A stretch of 64,000 nucleotides of DNA from the NCBI GenBank assembly GCA_004431415.1, contig QPMI01000080.1, positions 4,094 to 68,093 of the forward strand, in the 5' to 3' direction. Under the pieces are notes generated by a model that was not told the origin of the DNA, did no database searches, and saw only the letters and a list, made by a program, of their open reading frames with translations. Positions 9,453 through 21,326 of this stretch are shown piece by piece (the first letter of the stretch is position 1; every line of letters starts with the position of its first letter). The translations under genes and the position numbers were made by a program. Source of the stretch: Cyanophora paradoxa CCMP329. Lineage: Eukaryota > Plantae > Glaucophyta.

Positions 9453-12405
9453 CTAGGTAGGGGGTGGGGAGCCCGAGCCGCCGGGGGTAGAGCCCTCGTC
9501 GAGGGAAGTCCGAGAGGACGAGTACCCCCCAGCGCTGCCGCGGGGGGAGCCCGGGGCCGGCGCCGAGTCAGCGTAACCCGGCCCTCCCGCGGCCCCAGCC
9601 TCTCCCAGATGCTCCCAAAGCGGAAGGCGGCTTCCAGCAGCTGAGCCGAGGAGCTTCAGATTCGATCGCGGCCGAAAAAAGGGGAACGGCGTACCCGGGA
9701 CACCTGCGCCTGGAGGGCACCCATCGTGCCCTGGAACACCTCGTCGGGGAGGGGTACAGGGATCGAGGAGCGGCGGCGGCGGCCGGTCTCCGACGAGGCG
9801 GAGGCGGCGGCGGCGGCCGAGGCGGCCGGCGGGCCGAGAAACGCCTCCGCCGCGACCCGAACCGCGGCCCCCGGCTCGGCCTCGGGGGGTACAGTCACTG
9901 GAGAGGGCGCGCTGCGCGCCGAGTCTTCGTCGGCGGCAGTGCACGCGGCCATCTTTGAATGAATCGCGTATCCCGCACCCGTGGGCGTGGGAGGAGGATG
10001 AAGAGGGGGAGGAGGAGGAGGGGTACGGGTCGAGGAGGGCGCCGGGTACGGCATCGCGGCGCCATCGGCCGAGGCGGCCCTCGAAGGCGTCCAGGGCCGC
10101 TTCCATCTGCCCGGGGCGGCTCAGCGGCTCTCGGGGGAGAAGAGGAGGGAGGGAGGGGGATCTAGAGGGGGGTAGCAGAACGTCAGGCGGAGCCTCGGCC
10201 GTAATCGGTCGTAAGCTTAGTTCTTATACGGAGCAGAGTTCGTACTACGGTATGCTAAGTCTTATAGATGAGGCGTTAGCTCGGCCGTAAGATTAGCGGC
10301 TCGGGGGTTAGAGCGAGGAGAAGGCCTCTGGGAGGAAGAGCTCATTGGGTCCGGCAGAGTTCTAAGTTCTTAGTTCTGGGGAAGAAGCAGAAGAAGAAGA
10401 AGATGGGAGCAGGGAGGCAGAGCGCACGGCCGCCCGGGCCGCCTCGCCGGCCCCCGCGCCCTCCCCCGCGAGAAGGGCCCCCAAGGACCCCTCCAGCTGC
10501 GCCGCGGGCTAAGAGAGAAAAAGGGGGGGGAGGGCGAGGGGGGGGGGTACGTGGGAGGAGAGGGCCGCCAGCTCGCCCACGAAGTGGCCGACGTCGATCG
10601 AGAGGCGGCGGGACTGTGCGGGGGAGGGGTACGATGCGAATCGAAAGGGCGTCGGGGGGCGGGCGGGCGGGCGGGCGGGCGGCGCGGGCGGGCGGCGCGA
10701 GCTTGGCGAACTAGCTCGAGCTCGAGATAAAGTCGCTGAACAAGCCTTGGCCTGAGCTTTTTCAGCTCGTCTCTTACCTCCATGCGGGAGACGATGGACT
10801 CCATCAGATAGTGTAGGATGGCGTCCTGAAGGAGAAAGGAGGGGGGCGGTAAGGGGGGAAGGGCGCGGGGCGGCCGCGGGCCCGGGGGCGGGGCGGGGCG
10901 GAGGGCGCGGACCCGCTCGCAGAGGCGGCGGAAGGCGTTTGTGTGCGGGTCCGCGAAGCGACGGCGGCGCATGCGGGGCGGCGAGATCTGTGCCCCGGGC
11001 CGGGCTTGGGATGCCGAATTCGATCGAATTCGAGTTCGAATTCGATGCCGGCACCTGGCAGATCTCCTCGGGCCCGTTCGACTCCATTCCCCTTCAGAAT
11101 CGAAAAGCGCGTAAGGCGGGCCGGCAGGCGCGCGGAGCCGCTGCGCTGCACCGCACCGCACCGGAGCGTGAAGGTGCCGACCGGGGTGAGGATGGGGGGC
11201 GCGCGCCGGCCCAGCGTCCCGCCCTCCTCCGCGATGCAGGCCCGGGGGGCGAGGATCTGTCCGCCCTGCGCGAGCGCCGCAATGCGGGCCACTCGGTTGA
11301 CGGCCTGCCGGCGCTTAGCTTAGCTGGGCGCGGGCGCGGAGGCCTCGGGGAGGAGCGCGCGGGCCCGAGGCGGCGCACCGGGCCGACGTAGTCCATTCGC
11401 TTCGTCGTGGGGTCCCGCTGGGCGCGGGCGGGGCCCGTGTGAAGACCCATGCGCACCTGCAGAAGAGTCAGGCTTGCGAACGTGGCACGGATCCCGGAAT
11501 CGAATTCCACGGCGCACGCGGAGACCGCGGAAGACGACGCCAGACTCCAGGATCGTCTCGCACTCCATTCCCACGAAGCGGGCGGCCTCCAGCTCGTCGG
11601 CCAAGCCGCCTTCCGTCGACGTCGCGGGCACGACGGCCGAGTCAGGAAGCTTCAGGATGTCCTCGGGCCAGTCGGCGCAAAGAAGGTCGGTCTGCACGCG
11701 CGCCCGGCCCCAAGAAGTCGAACCAGCCGCGATCGAAGCTTAAGCGCGGAGGAAACACAAACACAAGGACCCGCGCCTGAACGTCGCAGCAGAAGAGCGC
11801 GGCATCGACGACGTCGTTGAACGCGAAAAGGAAAGAATCTCCCTCTGTCTTCACTGCGTAGCCCCGATGGCGATGGCTCTGCGGTGCTCCGCTCAAACGC
11901 GAAGAGGGTGGCCATGGCACGCATGCGATGAGGGGCACGCGCTCGCCTGCAGCCGCATGATCTTGTTGTGTATGCAAAGAGCATGTGCGAAGGCGTCGGG
12001 ACACGCCTCCCACTGCTTGCTGCTGCCCTGAGTACGCGCGAAGTCCGTACGCGTCAGCTTGAGCGCTAGCTGGCGCTTGCGCGCGACCGAGGAGCAACGC
12101 GGCGCACCTGGATGTCGGTGAGCACCAGCGAAACATCGCCTGGGGACGTGAATGACAGCGACAAGAATGAGAGCGTGAACAAGAGCGCGAGCGCGGAGAC
12201 GGATCGTGCGACTGTGCGAGCATACGCGGCCCAAAGAGCTCCTGCTGGCTGCACCTGTCGGCGGATCGGCCTCGAGCTCGCACGACGTGGAGGCCTCCGC
12301 AAGCGAGAGGCTGAGCGCTGAGACCCGCTTGCGCAGCGCAGCCTCGCTAGCGTCGGGTGGTAGCGGGCACGATGTGCACCCGCGTGCATCGTCAAACATG
12401 CGCAT
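9453..12405 (-). CDS. Class III adenylyl cyclase catalytic-domain protein, no transmembrane segment seen (start uncertain, may extend to ~12684)
   Basis: Spliced motifs PPTGDVSLVLTDIQGSSKQWE, GYAVKTEGDSFLFAF, FRGLRVRMGLHTG, RMDYVGPAVNRVARIAALAQGGQIL. Both metal-binding Asp, the ATP-specifying Lys/Asp and the catalytic Asn/Arg are present. Confidence 0.85.
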
Positions 12406-12723
12406 TCGTGCCGTAAGCGTGCTCGAGCGAGCGAGGGGATAAAGAATTCGCGTACCCAAAATCGGTCAGGTACTGACAGGTAGCCGGAGGTCGCTGAGGT
12501 CGCCTGAAGTCGGCGATGGCCGCCGCTGGTGCAGGGCGCCTTATTGTTGAGGACGATCCACGGCCTCCGCGCGGTCCGTCTGCCAACTCAAACGCGCCTG
12601 CTTTTGAACGCAGTCCGCGCCGCTCCAGTGTCGTCCACGATACAGTTTTACATCTCTATTAGCTTGTAGTGCTGCCTCTGACATAGCCGCGCTCGCCGCT
12701 GATCTGCGACCGCAGCTCCGGCT

Positions 12724-15700
12724 ATGCAGCCCCGAGCGAACGCGCACCCCAGCTTGCCAGCGGAGGTGATCGATCTGGTTGACGACGATGAGGACTTCTT
12801 GGAGCCAGTTGCCGACAAGCCACTCGCTGCGCCGGGCGGCGTGCTTGAGCGCCGAGCGGGCGACTTCGGCCAACCTCTCCCTTCAATCGCCGATCCACTG
12901 CAATTGATAGACCTCGAGGACGACGATGAGGACTTCCAGCGCGCCGTTGCCAACTCATTGCGTGCGCCGCCCCATCTGAACGCTGCCGTACAAGATCTGA
13001 CAATTCGGTGCCTGCACGTTCGCCTCGCAAACCTGAACGCGCCATTCTCCTGCGCAGAAGATCAGCCGCAGCAAGCGCATCGTTCTGAAGGAAAACGAGC
13101 CATCCGGGAGTCGCAGCTGATCGACCTTGACAGCATGAACCCGCTGCCCTCGTCGTCCAGCCGCCCCGCGCCCGCCGCCGCATCAGGGCGAAGGAGAGGT
13201 GTTCGCGCAGCGGTCTGCCCTATTCGCGGTCGTACCTCTGACGCGGCGTCAGTGTACGGAAACATCCTCGACCTGGAGGACGACGACGAGGAGAAGTCGC
13301 CGTCTCCGCCCGCGAGCGCCCTCTACGTTTCGCTAGACTCGTCCTCGACCTCGGCATCCAGCTCGTCTTCGACGTCTTCGTTCTCGTCCGTCTCTTCGCT
13401 CGTCGATTTGGTGCGGCTTTTCACTCGGCCGCGTTGCCTTGGCCCGCCCGCATCGCGCGTAACACGCTCGAAGATCGTATCTAAACACGGGCACGGGCGC
13501 GTGCAAGTCGAGGCAGCCATAACGGTGCGCGATATCGACTTCGCCACTCGCGCGCGCGGCGCGGGAGAGCGCGCCGCGGCCGCAGCTGAGGCGGCCTCAG
13601 ACGCTGCGGGAGGCGGGGATGGGCCTGGAGCAGCTGCAGGACGCGAACGGGATCGACACCGTTCTCGACGTCCTCGCCAACGAAGGCGAGTAGGATCACG
13701 CGCTCGCCTTCTTTCGAGAAGAGGCCCCGTCGAGACCCGCCCGCCCGTCCGCAGGGGCCGACGCCGAGGTGGAGTGCTCGCTGTGCGCGGACTCGGGCCC
13801 GGCGCGCAAGACGGTCGTCTGCACGGGCAGCGAAGCGCACCGGATCTGCGCCGACGTGAGCGCACGCGCGCGCGCCAAACCGCCTGCTCCGACCTCCGCT
13901 CACTCTGCCGCGCCGCTCCCTATCCGCCCGCGTCCGCAGTGCGCCAGTCACTACATTTCGGACTGCAAGAAGTTCGCGACGGGGGGGCCCGCCTGCCCCT
14001 CGCACGTCGCGGGATGCGACGGGTTCTACCCCGAAGGGGCCCTGAGGCTCGCACGCGGCCCCGCCCGCCGGCTCCGCCTCGCCCTCTTCTCCGCTGACGG
14101 CCTCTCTCTTTCTCTCTCAGGCGCCTGGCGACCCCGGAGGCCTTCGAGAAGATGCAGGAAACGATGCTCCAGCGGACCATCGTCGGCGAGGCGAGCACGC
14201 GCGCGCGCGCATCCGAACCGCTCCAGAGGGGCTGGCCGGCTTACCTGGAGTGCGCAGAACTACCTGGAGTGCCCCCGCTGCCACAACCCCTCGTTCCGCG
14301 ACGAGGGCGCCGGGGCGCACTGGGCCCACCAGTGCCCCTACGACGTCAGCTTGCTTGCTGCCTGAAGGAACACGACGCGCCCGTGCCTAACTTGGGCGCC
14401 CGCCGCGCGCAGGGCTGCCGCACGACCTTCTGCGCGACCTGCCGCGAGCCGGTCGCCGGCGGGCAGCAGGCCCACGTCTGCCGCGCCGTGCGCCCCGCCC
14501 CCGCCTACTTTTCTGAGGCCCCGCCTTCACGTTCTTTCTTTCTGTTCTGAGGCGCCCGCCCGCAGAACGTGCACCAGGTCCTCGTGGACGAGACGATGCC
14601 GGGCAAGTCGGACGAGGAAAAGGCGAGTCGGCCGTGCCGTGCCGTGCCGCCCTTCGGCTGATCGGAGTCCCCGTCCCGTCGGGCCCGCCCGCAGATCGTG
14701 GCGTTCAACAAAGAGGTCATCGCGCTCGTGAAGGTGCTGTCCCCTCCTCCGCCCCCTCATCTTCTCCTCCTCACGGGCCTCCCTCCCTCCCTCCCTTCAT
14801 TCAGGGGGCGGACGCGCTGGAGTGCCCGCGCTGCCGGAAGCTCGTCCTCAAGGACGAGGGCTGCAACGCCATCACCTGCGGTCCGCCCTCTCTCTCCCTC
14901 TCTCTCTCTTTCTCTCTCACACACCTGTCTGCAGCGTGCGGGTGCCACATCTGCTGGTACTGCGGCAAGGACACGGGCATCTCCCACGGCGCCCACGTGC
15001 GTGAGAGCGCGCGAGCGAGCGCGCGACGCGGCCCCCTCCAAACAGAACCGACCCGCCCGCGGCCCTCTCGCCCCCCCCCCCCCCCCCTCCCACGGCGCCC
15101 ACGTGCGTGAGAGCGCGCGAGCGAGCGCGCGACGCGGCCCCCTCCAAACAGAACCGACCCGCCCGCGGCCCTCTCGCCCCCCCCCCCCCCCCCCCTCCCA
15201 CGGCGCCCACGTGCGTGAGAGCGCGCGAGCGAGCGCGCGACGCGGCCCCCTCCAAACAGAACCGACCCGCCCGCGGCCCTCTCGCCCCCCCCCCCCCCCC
15301 CCCCCCCCGAGCTGAGCCCAACTGCCCGCGGCCCGCTGACCTCCCCCTCCGATTCCGGGCCCCCGCCCTGCCCGGCGCCCTCCCTAGACCTTCCTACTGC
15401 CTGCGGCATTCTTTTCTGACCTCCTCCTCCTCCTCCCCCTCCTCCTCCTCCGCAGGAGTGCACCATGAAGCTGCCGCCGCAGTACGCCTCGGCGGCGAAC
15501 GCCCGCCCCGGCACCGTCAACAACGCCCAGGTGCGGCTCTGAAGGCTCGAAGGGTTCTAGGTTCGAGGCTCGAGGGGTGAAAGGGCGGCCGGCGTGGACG
15601 CTGGCTGCGGCCGGCGCTCTCCACCGCCCTTCTCGTCTTCATAGACCTCCCTGCCGGCGGTGCCGGTGCCGCGCCGTGCCACACGGTCGCTCGCTCGGGG

Positions 15701-17480
15701 CCGGGGCCGGGGCCGGGCCCGGATCCTTCGGATGCATGTGCGAAGTCGACCGAGCTTCCCTCTATCCCTCTATTGGGAGGCTGTGGATGCGTAGGCTGCT
15801 GAGACGCAGCCGCGTTGAGGCTCTCTCTCGTCTGGCTCGGGGCCGAAGCCGAAACCGGGACGAGACGGCTTCCCTCCTCCTTCTTTCCCTCTTAGATACT
15901 GCTCTCCGTGCCTTCCGCCCCCCCTCCTACCCGGCGACTTCCCTTTCCTCTTCTTCTCCCGACACCCGTCCCCCCGCCCCTTCACCCCCCTCCTTCCCCC
16001 CCCCTCACCCGCCCCGCGCGCAGTTCTTCTCGGCGATCGACCCGGCGGTCCTGCGCCGGCAGAAGCGCCTCGACGAGATCGTCTCGACGGTCAAGGGCCG
16101 CCGCGAGGAGGCGTGGCTCAAGAAGCTCCTCGCGCTGCCCACCTGGAAGGCCGACAAGGACCTGAAGCAGCTCATCTACGACCCGGAGGGCGCCGGGCAC
16201 GACAAGCTCAACGAGAAGGCGTCGCGCCCGCGCGCGCCGGCGCCCGGCGTGATCGGCAACGCGGACGCTGCGCGACTGCCCCCGGGGGCCTTCCTCCCGC
16301 TCGCCGTGGACCTGCAGCGCCTGGACGAGCGGGTCCAGGCGGCCGCCGCGCAGGTGACCGGCCCACCGGGGGGGGGCCTCGATTGACTGTCCGAAGCCAA
16401 TTTGATCCGCTCGCTCGCTCGCAGGTCGCCGCGCAGCTCGCGGAGCTGGACAGGCGGCTGCAGGAGATCGGGGAGGGGCAGGGGCAGGCCGCCGCGCGGC
16501 AGCGGGCGAAGCTCCAGCGGCAGCGGGAGCGGATCGCGCAGGTGCAGGCGATGCAGGCGGCCCACCGGCAGGCGCATCAGGCGGCGGCGGCGGGGCGACA
16601 GGCCGCCGTCGCCGCCGCCCTCGCCGGCGGGCAGGCCGCCGCCGCCGCGGCGATGGTGCGGCCCGGGCTGAGCTCGTGCCCCCCATTCTTCCCCTCACGC
16701 GCTCCTGCAGGCCGGCCTTATGGGCCGAAGGGCCGCCGCCGCCGCCGCCGCGGTCGCGGCGGCCGCCCCCGCTGCTCCGGCGAACCCCGAGGAGCAAGCG
16801 CGGGTCAGTCCGCCCTCCTGCCGCCCGCCCGCGCGGCGCTCGCCTGAATCCTACTCACGGCCCCGGCCCCGGCCCCTGCCCCCGCAGAGAATGGACGAGG
16901 CGCGGCGACACGTGCGGGGCGCCTGGCGCAACGCGATGGAGGAGCAGCTTGCCGATCTGGTGCGTACTCTCTCTCTCTCTCTCTGGTGGCTGCCCGGCCG
17001 CTTGTTTGGGTTCGGACTTAGGCGGGCGGGCGATACAGGTCCGGGACGTGGAGCGGCAGCGCGCGGAGGAGGCGGCGCTGCGGGCGCAGGACGGGCGCGG
17101 GGCGGCCCGCCGCGCCAAGGAGCTCGCCCAGCAGCGGCAGGCCTCCGAGCGCCGCGTCGAGCAGCTCAGAGCACAGATCCGGCAGCTCTCCGCCCGCTTC
17201 GCCGCCGCCCCCGCCGGCGGAGCGGGCGGAGCGGGCGGGGGAGCAGCCGGCGCCGCGGCCGGCGGGGCGTTCCCCCTCCCTTCGGTCCCCCTTCCCGGGG
17301 GGCGTGCCTGGCGGCTTCGGCTTGCCCCCCCGGGGCCCCGCCCCGCTACGTCTTCGCCGCCGCCCCGCCGGCCCCGCCCGCCCCGGCTCCCGCTGCGGCC
17401 GCCGCCCCGCGGTCGTCCGGAGGCCAGCGCGGGCCCGGGCGCGGGAGGCGAGCCCTGCGGCGGCCCCTGCGGCCCCTGCC

Positions 17481-17511
<31 letters not shown>

Positions 17512-17712
17512 GGCCGGCGGGCAAGCGGCGGCGGGAGGCGCCGCCTCCGCCCCCGCCCGAAGAAGAGGAGGAAGAGGCCGAGGTCGAGGCGAGCGCCGTA
17601 CCCCCCCTCCTTCTCCTCCCCCCTCCTGATCCCTGAGCAGGACCCGATGGAAGTCGACGATGCGCCGCCCGCGCGGCCCCGCAAGCAGACCCGCGGCAAG
17701 GCCCCCGCGTAG
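12724..17712 (+). CDS. RBR (RING1-IBR-RING2) E3 ubiquitin ligase with N-terminal SIM-like repeats and a coiled-coil C-terminus
   Basis: RING1 ECSLCAD...VCTGSEAHRICADCASHY...ACPSHVAGC. IBR YLECPRCH...HQCPYDGCRTTFCATCRE...AHVC. RING2 LECPRCRKLVLKDEGCNAITCACGCHICWYCG with the catalytic Cys in GCN. The 3' exons are less certain. Confidence 0.82.
14981..15308 (+). repeat. ~107-bp unit x3 tandem repeat (exon end + donor + intron up to poly-C)
   Basis: Copies start at 14981, 15087 and 15195 and are identical except for poly-C length. Confidence 0.9.
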
Positions 17713-18025
17713 CCACATCTAGACGTACGTATAAGGGCCGAAGCTCAAATCGGCTTAGAATTCGAATTTTCACTGGGAATGGACTGCAGTGGGCAGTACA
17801 TCAGCAGATCTTTAGCTAGATGGCAAATCCGGATCCAGATCTGTTGTTGATGTTTTTAGAGATGCTTGATGCTTGTTGTGCGAACCCTTCACCATCACCA
17901 CATGTACATTGGATGCCTAGAGTTGCACGCGGATGTGCTTCAATCTGAACATAATCGGAACAGGCTCGAATCTCATTAAGCATCGCACAAGCCACCCACG
18001 GCTATAGCTATCCGCCACCTACAGC

Positions 18026-19308
18026 CTACAGGAAGGGGCCCGGGGGCGCCGCGCCGGCCGCCTCGGCCGCCGCCTCCGCCTCGTCCGCCTCCGCCGCGTG
18101 CTTCCTCACTGACTCTGCGAACTCCGCTATGCTCCGCGTGTAGAGTCCCGAGACCTGCGAACGAAGTTGAGGGGGGAGGAGCCGGGGAGGGGTACGGGTG
18201 CGGGACGGGACGGGACGGGACCTGCGGGTCCTTCTGGTAGTCGACGTTGCCGTTGAGGACGAGGACGGGGAGTTTGCGGCCGGCCGCCTCGGCCTCGGCG
18301 TGCCAGACAAGCGGGTGCGTCCCGTTGTCCCCCGGCAGGATCGAGACGGGTACCGGGTTCGGCAGCTCAGAGTGGAGGGAGGAGGGGCGGCCGGAGGAGG
18401 CGACGGCGCGGGCGACGGGGGACGGGTGGGCGGAGGCGGGGGCGGGGGAGGGGGCGGGGGTGAGGGGTACGTTGGGCGACCGGTTCTCGTCGGTTGGGGG
18501 TATGACGGCGTCGCGGTGGTTGAGCCAGCGCTCGTGCCGCTCGTGGAGGGACTGGAGGTAGGAGAGGGGTACGGTGGATTCCTCGCGCCGGTTGCGGGCG
18601 CAGAGGCGCGCGTACGCAACCTCGGGGCGCGTCCAGAGGTACACGAATCCGTAGATGCGCGGCGGGAATCGCGCGTGCATGAAGTCGAATTGATCCGCGT
18701 ACAGCGCCCACTCCGCCGGGACGAAAAGGCCCGAGGCGCGGGCGTTGGTGGCGAAGATGTAACTGCGGGTGGCGGCATTGTTGGCTCCAGCTTCGGCGAC
18801 AGCTGCGGGCGTCCCGGGGGCCCGCGCGGGCAGCGGACCGGTCGGAGTAGATGCAGCGCTCGTGTATCCTGATAGGCAGCGACGTCGCACGCAAGTCGGC
18901 GCCGCTCGCCCGCATCAGCATCCGCTCCTCCTCTGCGAGCGCCGCCGCCGTGAGCAGCGAAGCGGGACGGGGCGCACGCGGGCACGCGGGGCCTCACCGA
19001 GGTTGGAAACCTGCTTGACGCGCGAGTAGAAGGCGAACATCTGGAAGGAGTAGGCCCAGCGGGACGGGTCCTTGTAGAAGAGCTCGAGCAGGTTCTGCCC
19101 GTTCAAGTCCGTCCACGCCTCGATCGGCTCCGGCACCGATTCGATCGGAATTGGGCAGCGCTCGGCGAGGAAGCGCAGGAACGTCGACTGCGGCGGGGGC
19201 GGCTGCGGTTGGAAGGCCGCGCGGCGCGACGAGGCCGGGCTCCGGCTGCGGGCCACGCGGGCGTACCTTTCCCGCCCCTATGTTGCCTTCGATGGATATG
19301 CCCGCCAT
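18026..19308 (-). CDS. dNK: Deoxynucleoside kinase (dCK/dGK/dNK family)
   Basis: P-loop ISIEGNIGAGK|STF, VPEPIEAW, NLLELFYKDPSRWAYSFQ, HERCIYSDRYIFA, lid RLCARNRREES, YLQSLHERHERWL. Confidence 0.93.
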
Positions 19309-19529
19309 CGCGCCTCGCAGTGCAGCTGCAGGCCCGCGGGAGCGCGGGGACGGGATCAGTCAAAGTGGGACGCTCGGAGAACGCCGCGAGCGGCGACGAC
19401 TAGCTCTAGAGTTGTCCGAGTGTCATCGGAGCGACGGGCGAACGCCGCGGCGGCCGGCGGCCCGCACCTGCTGCTCGTGCCAGTCTCATACCCGTCTGCG
19501 GTCTGCACCCCCGTTCGGAAAAAAGTTTG

Positions 19530-21326
19530 ATGGCTCGGGCGGCGTTCAGCGTGGGCCTCCCGGCCTCGGCCGGCACCAGCGCGGTGCAGAGGGTGGCCGC
19601 TACAGCTTTGTCTACCTGCGCACCGCACCGCGCCGCCGTGCACGCGGCCCTCGCGAGGCGGCAGGCGGACCGAGACCAGCAGCGCCGCTGGCTGACCACC
19701 GGCGCGTTCTTCGGGGTCGTTCGGACGCTCCGCGGCCGGCGCGCTGGCTCGCCGCACGCCAGATCCGTAACAATCTCGCTGACGGTCTCGGCCTCGGCGG
19801 CGGCGGATGCGGGCCCCAGCAAGCTCTGGAACGGTGCGCGGCACATTCTTGAGCGGCTCCGTCGCGCTCCGGCGTGGCCCGAACGCGCGCGCGCGCCCCG
19901 CGCGCAGTCCGTGTGCTGGAAGAGTTCATGCGCGAGATCGGGGGCGTGGAGCCGCCGGCGCGGCTCCGCGCGCTCCTTGCGTACCTCCACGAAGTGGCGG
20001 GGGACGAGCCGCTCGACGCCTCGAAGCCCCCCGCGGGCCTCCACCCGCTCCTCATCCCCCTCAGCATGGAGAAGGGCGGCGCCGGCGTGAAGGGCCTGCT
20101 GCGGTACCCCACCCCGCCCGAGGACATGCCGATGCCCGTCGTTCGCATGGACCTCACCCGCGGCAAGGGCCTCACCCGTGCGCGCTTACCCGATCGCCCC
20201 CCGCCGTCCCCGCCCCCGCCTAACCGCGCGCGGCCCGCCCACCCGCCCGCGCGCCCTCAGTCCTCGCCGCATCCCCGGAGGAATTGATCCACAGAGAGCT
20301 CGCCACCCGCGACTCCAAGGGGGTACGCCTGCCAAACCCGGTCGCCCTGTACCCCCTCCCCCTCCCTGAGCCCCTCCCAGGAGGCCCTGCCGGAGGGCGT
20401 CATGGCGGAGCTCGCGGCGGACGGGGGTACCCCCATCTACGAGGCGGGACGGCTCGCGTCCCTCAAGCTGCCCCTCAAGGTATACCTGCTGACCAAGGTC
20501 CGCGGCCCCGGCGCCCGTCGAAAACGCCGTACCCGTAGCCAACGTCTGATCTATTTTTAGGTCGGCGGCTTCCCGGAGCTGTACGAGGAGTTGGTGGCGT
20601 CGCACATGGCGAGGGGGGACCTCGATTCCGCCCTCGTCACGGCGCGTACCCCGTCCAGGGGGTACGGTGCAGCCGTCTGAGGGAGTGCGCAGGTCGACCG
20701 GCTTGTGGGGCGCTTCAAGGGCTGGGCCCACCCCCTCGCGTACCGCGCTCGCCTCATGAAGGAGGTGGGCGGCGCACCTCCACTGCCCGTACCCCCCTAC
20801 TCTCCGAAACTGAGTACCCCCGGCAGCTCGGCCGCGAGCCGGAGGCGCGTGACTCGGCGCGGGCCGCCCTCATGCTCCCCCTCTGGACCCTCGGTACCCC
20901 CCCTCCCTCCAACCTCCCCCTCCCCTTCTCTATCCCGCTCTAGATCTTCCTGAACCCGGGGGTACAGGCTCGGAATCCTTCGAGGAGCTCGCAACAATGG
21001 CGGGATGGAAGGAGGTGCACGGTACCCGTCCCCCTACCCGCCCTCGATCTAATGTACCCCCGGCCCTCAGGTGAGCTCGGCGCCCTTCCGGCGGCTCGTC
21101 GAGAACAAGGAGAAGCCCCCGCTCGACCGCGCGGCGCACCTCATGGTACCCCCCACACACCTCGAACTCCATCCCTCGAACCCCCTTCCCACCCCTAATC
21201 TATTTCTAGGACGCGACGTTCGCGGAGGGGGCGGACTGGGACGCGAGCCGCGCTGGGCTCGTCGAGCTGTACAAGGAGGGCGAGCTCGAGCCCCTCGTCA
21301 AGTTCGTCGGGTACCCCCTCTCCTAG
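19530..21326 (+). CDS. PAB: PROTEIN IN CHLOROPLAST ATPASE BIOGENESIS (PAB)-like, plastid-targeted
   Basis: GLHPLLIPLS...GLLRYPTPPEDMPMPVV, ELIHREL, VYLLTKVGGFPELYE, GDLDSALVT, GREPEARDSARAALMLPLWTLG match my recollection of plant PAB. N-terminal Ala/Ser/Arg-rich transit peptide with early Phe. Confidence 0.75.

Noticed and set aside
12450-12690. Cytochrome b5-like exon (PWIVLNNK) upstream of the cyclase
   Set aside because: No HPGG motif, and I could not build a convincing splice path.
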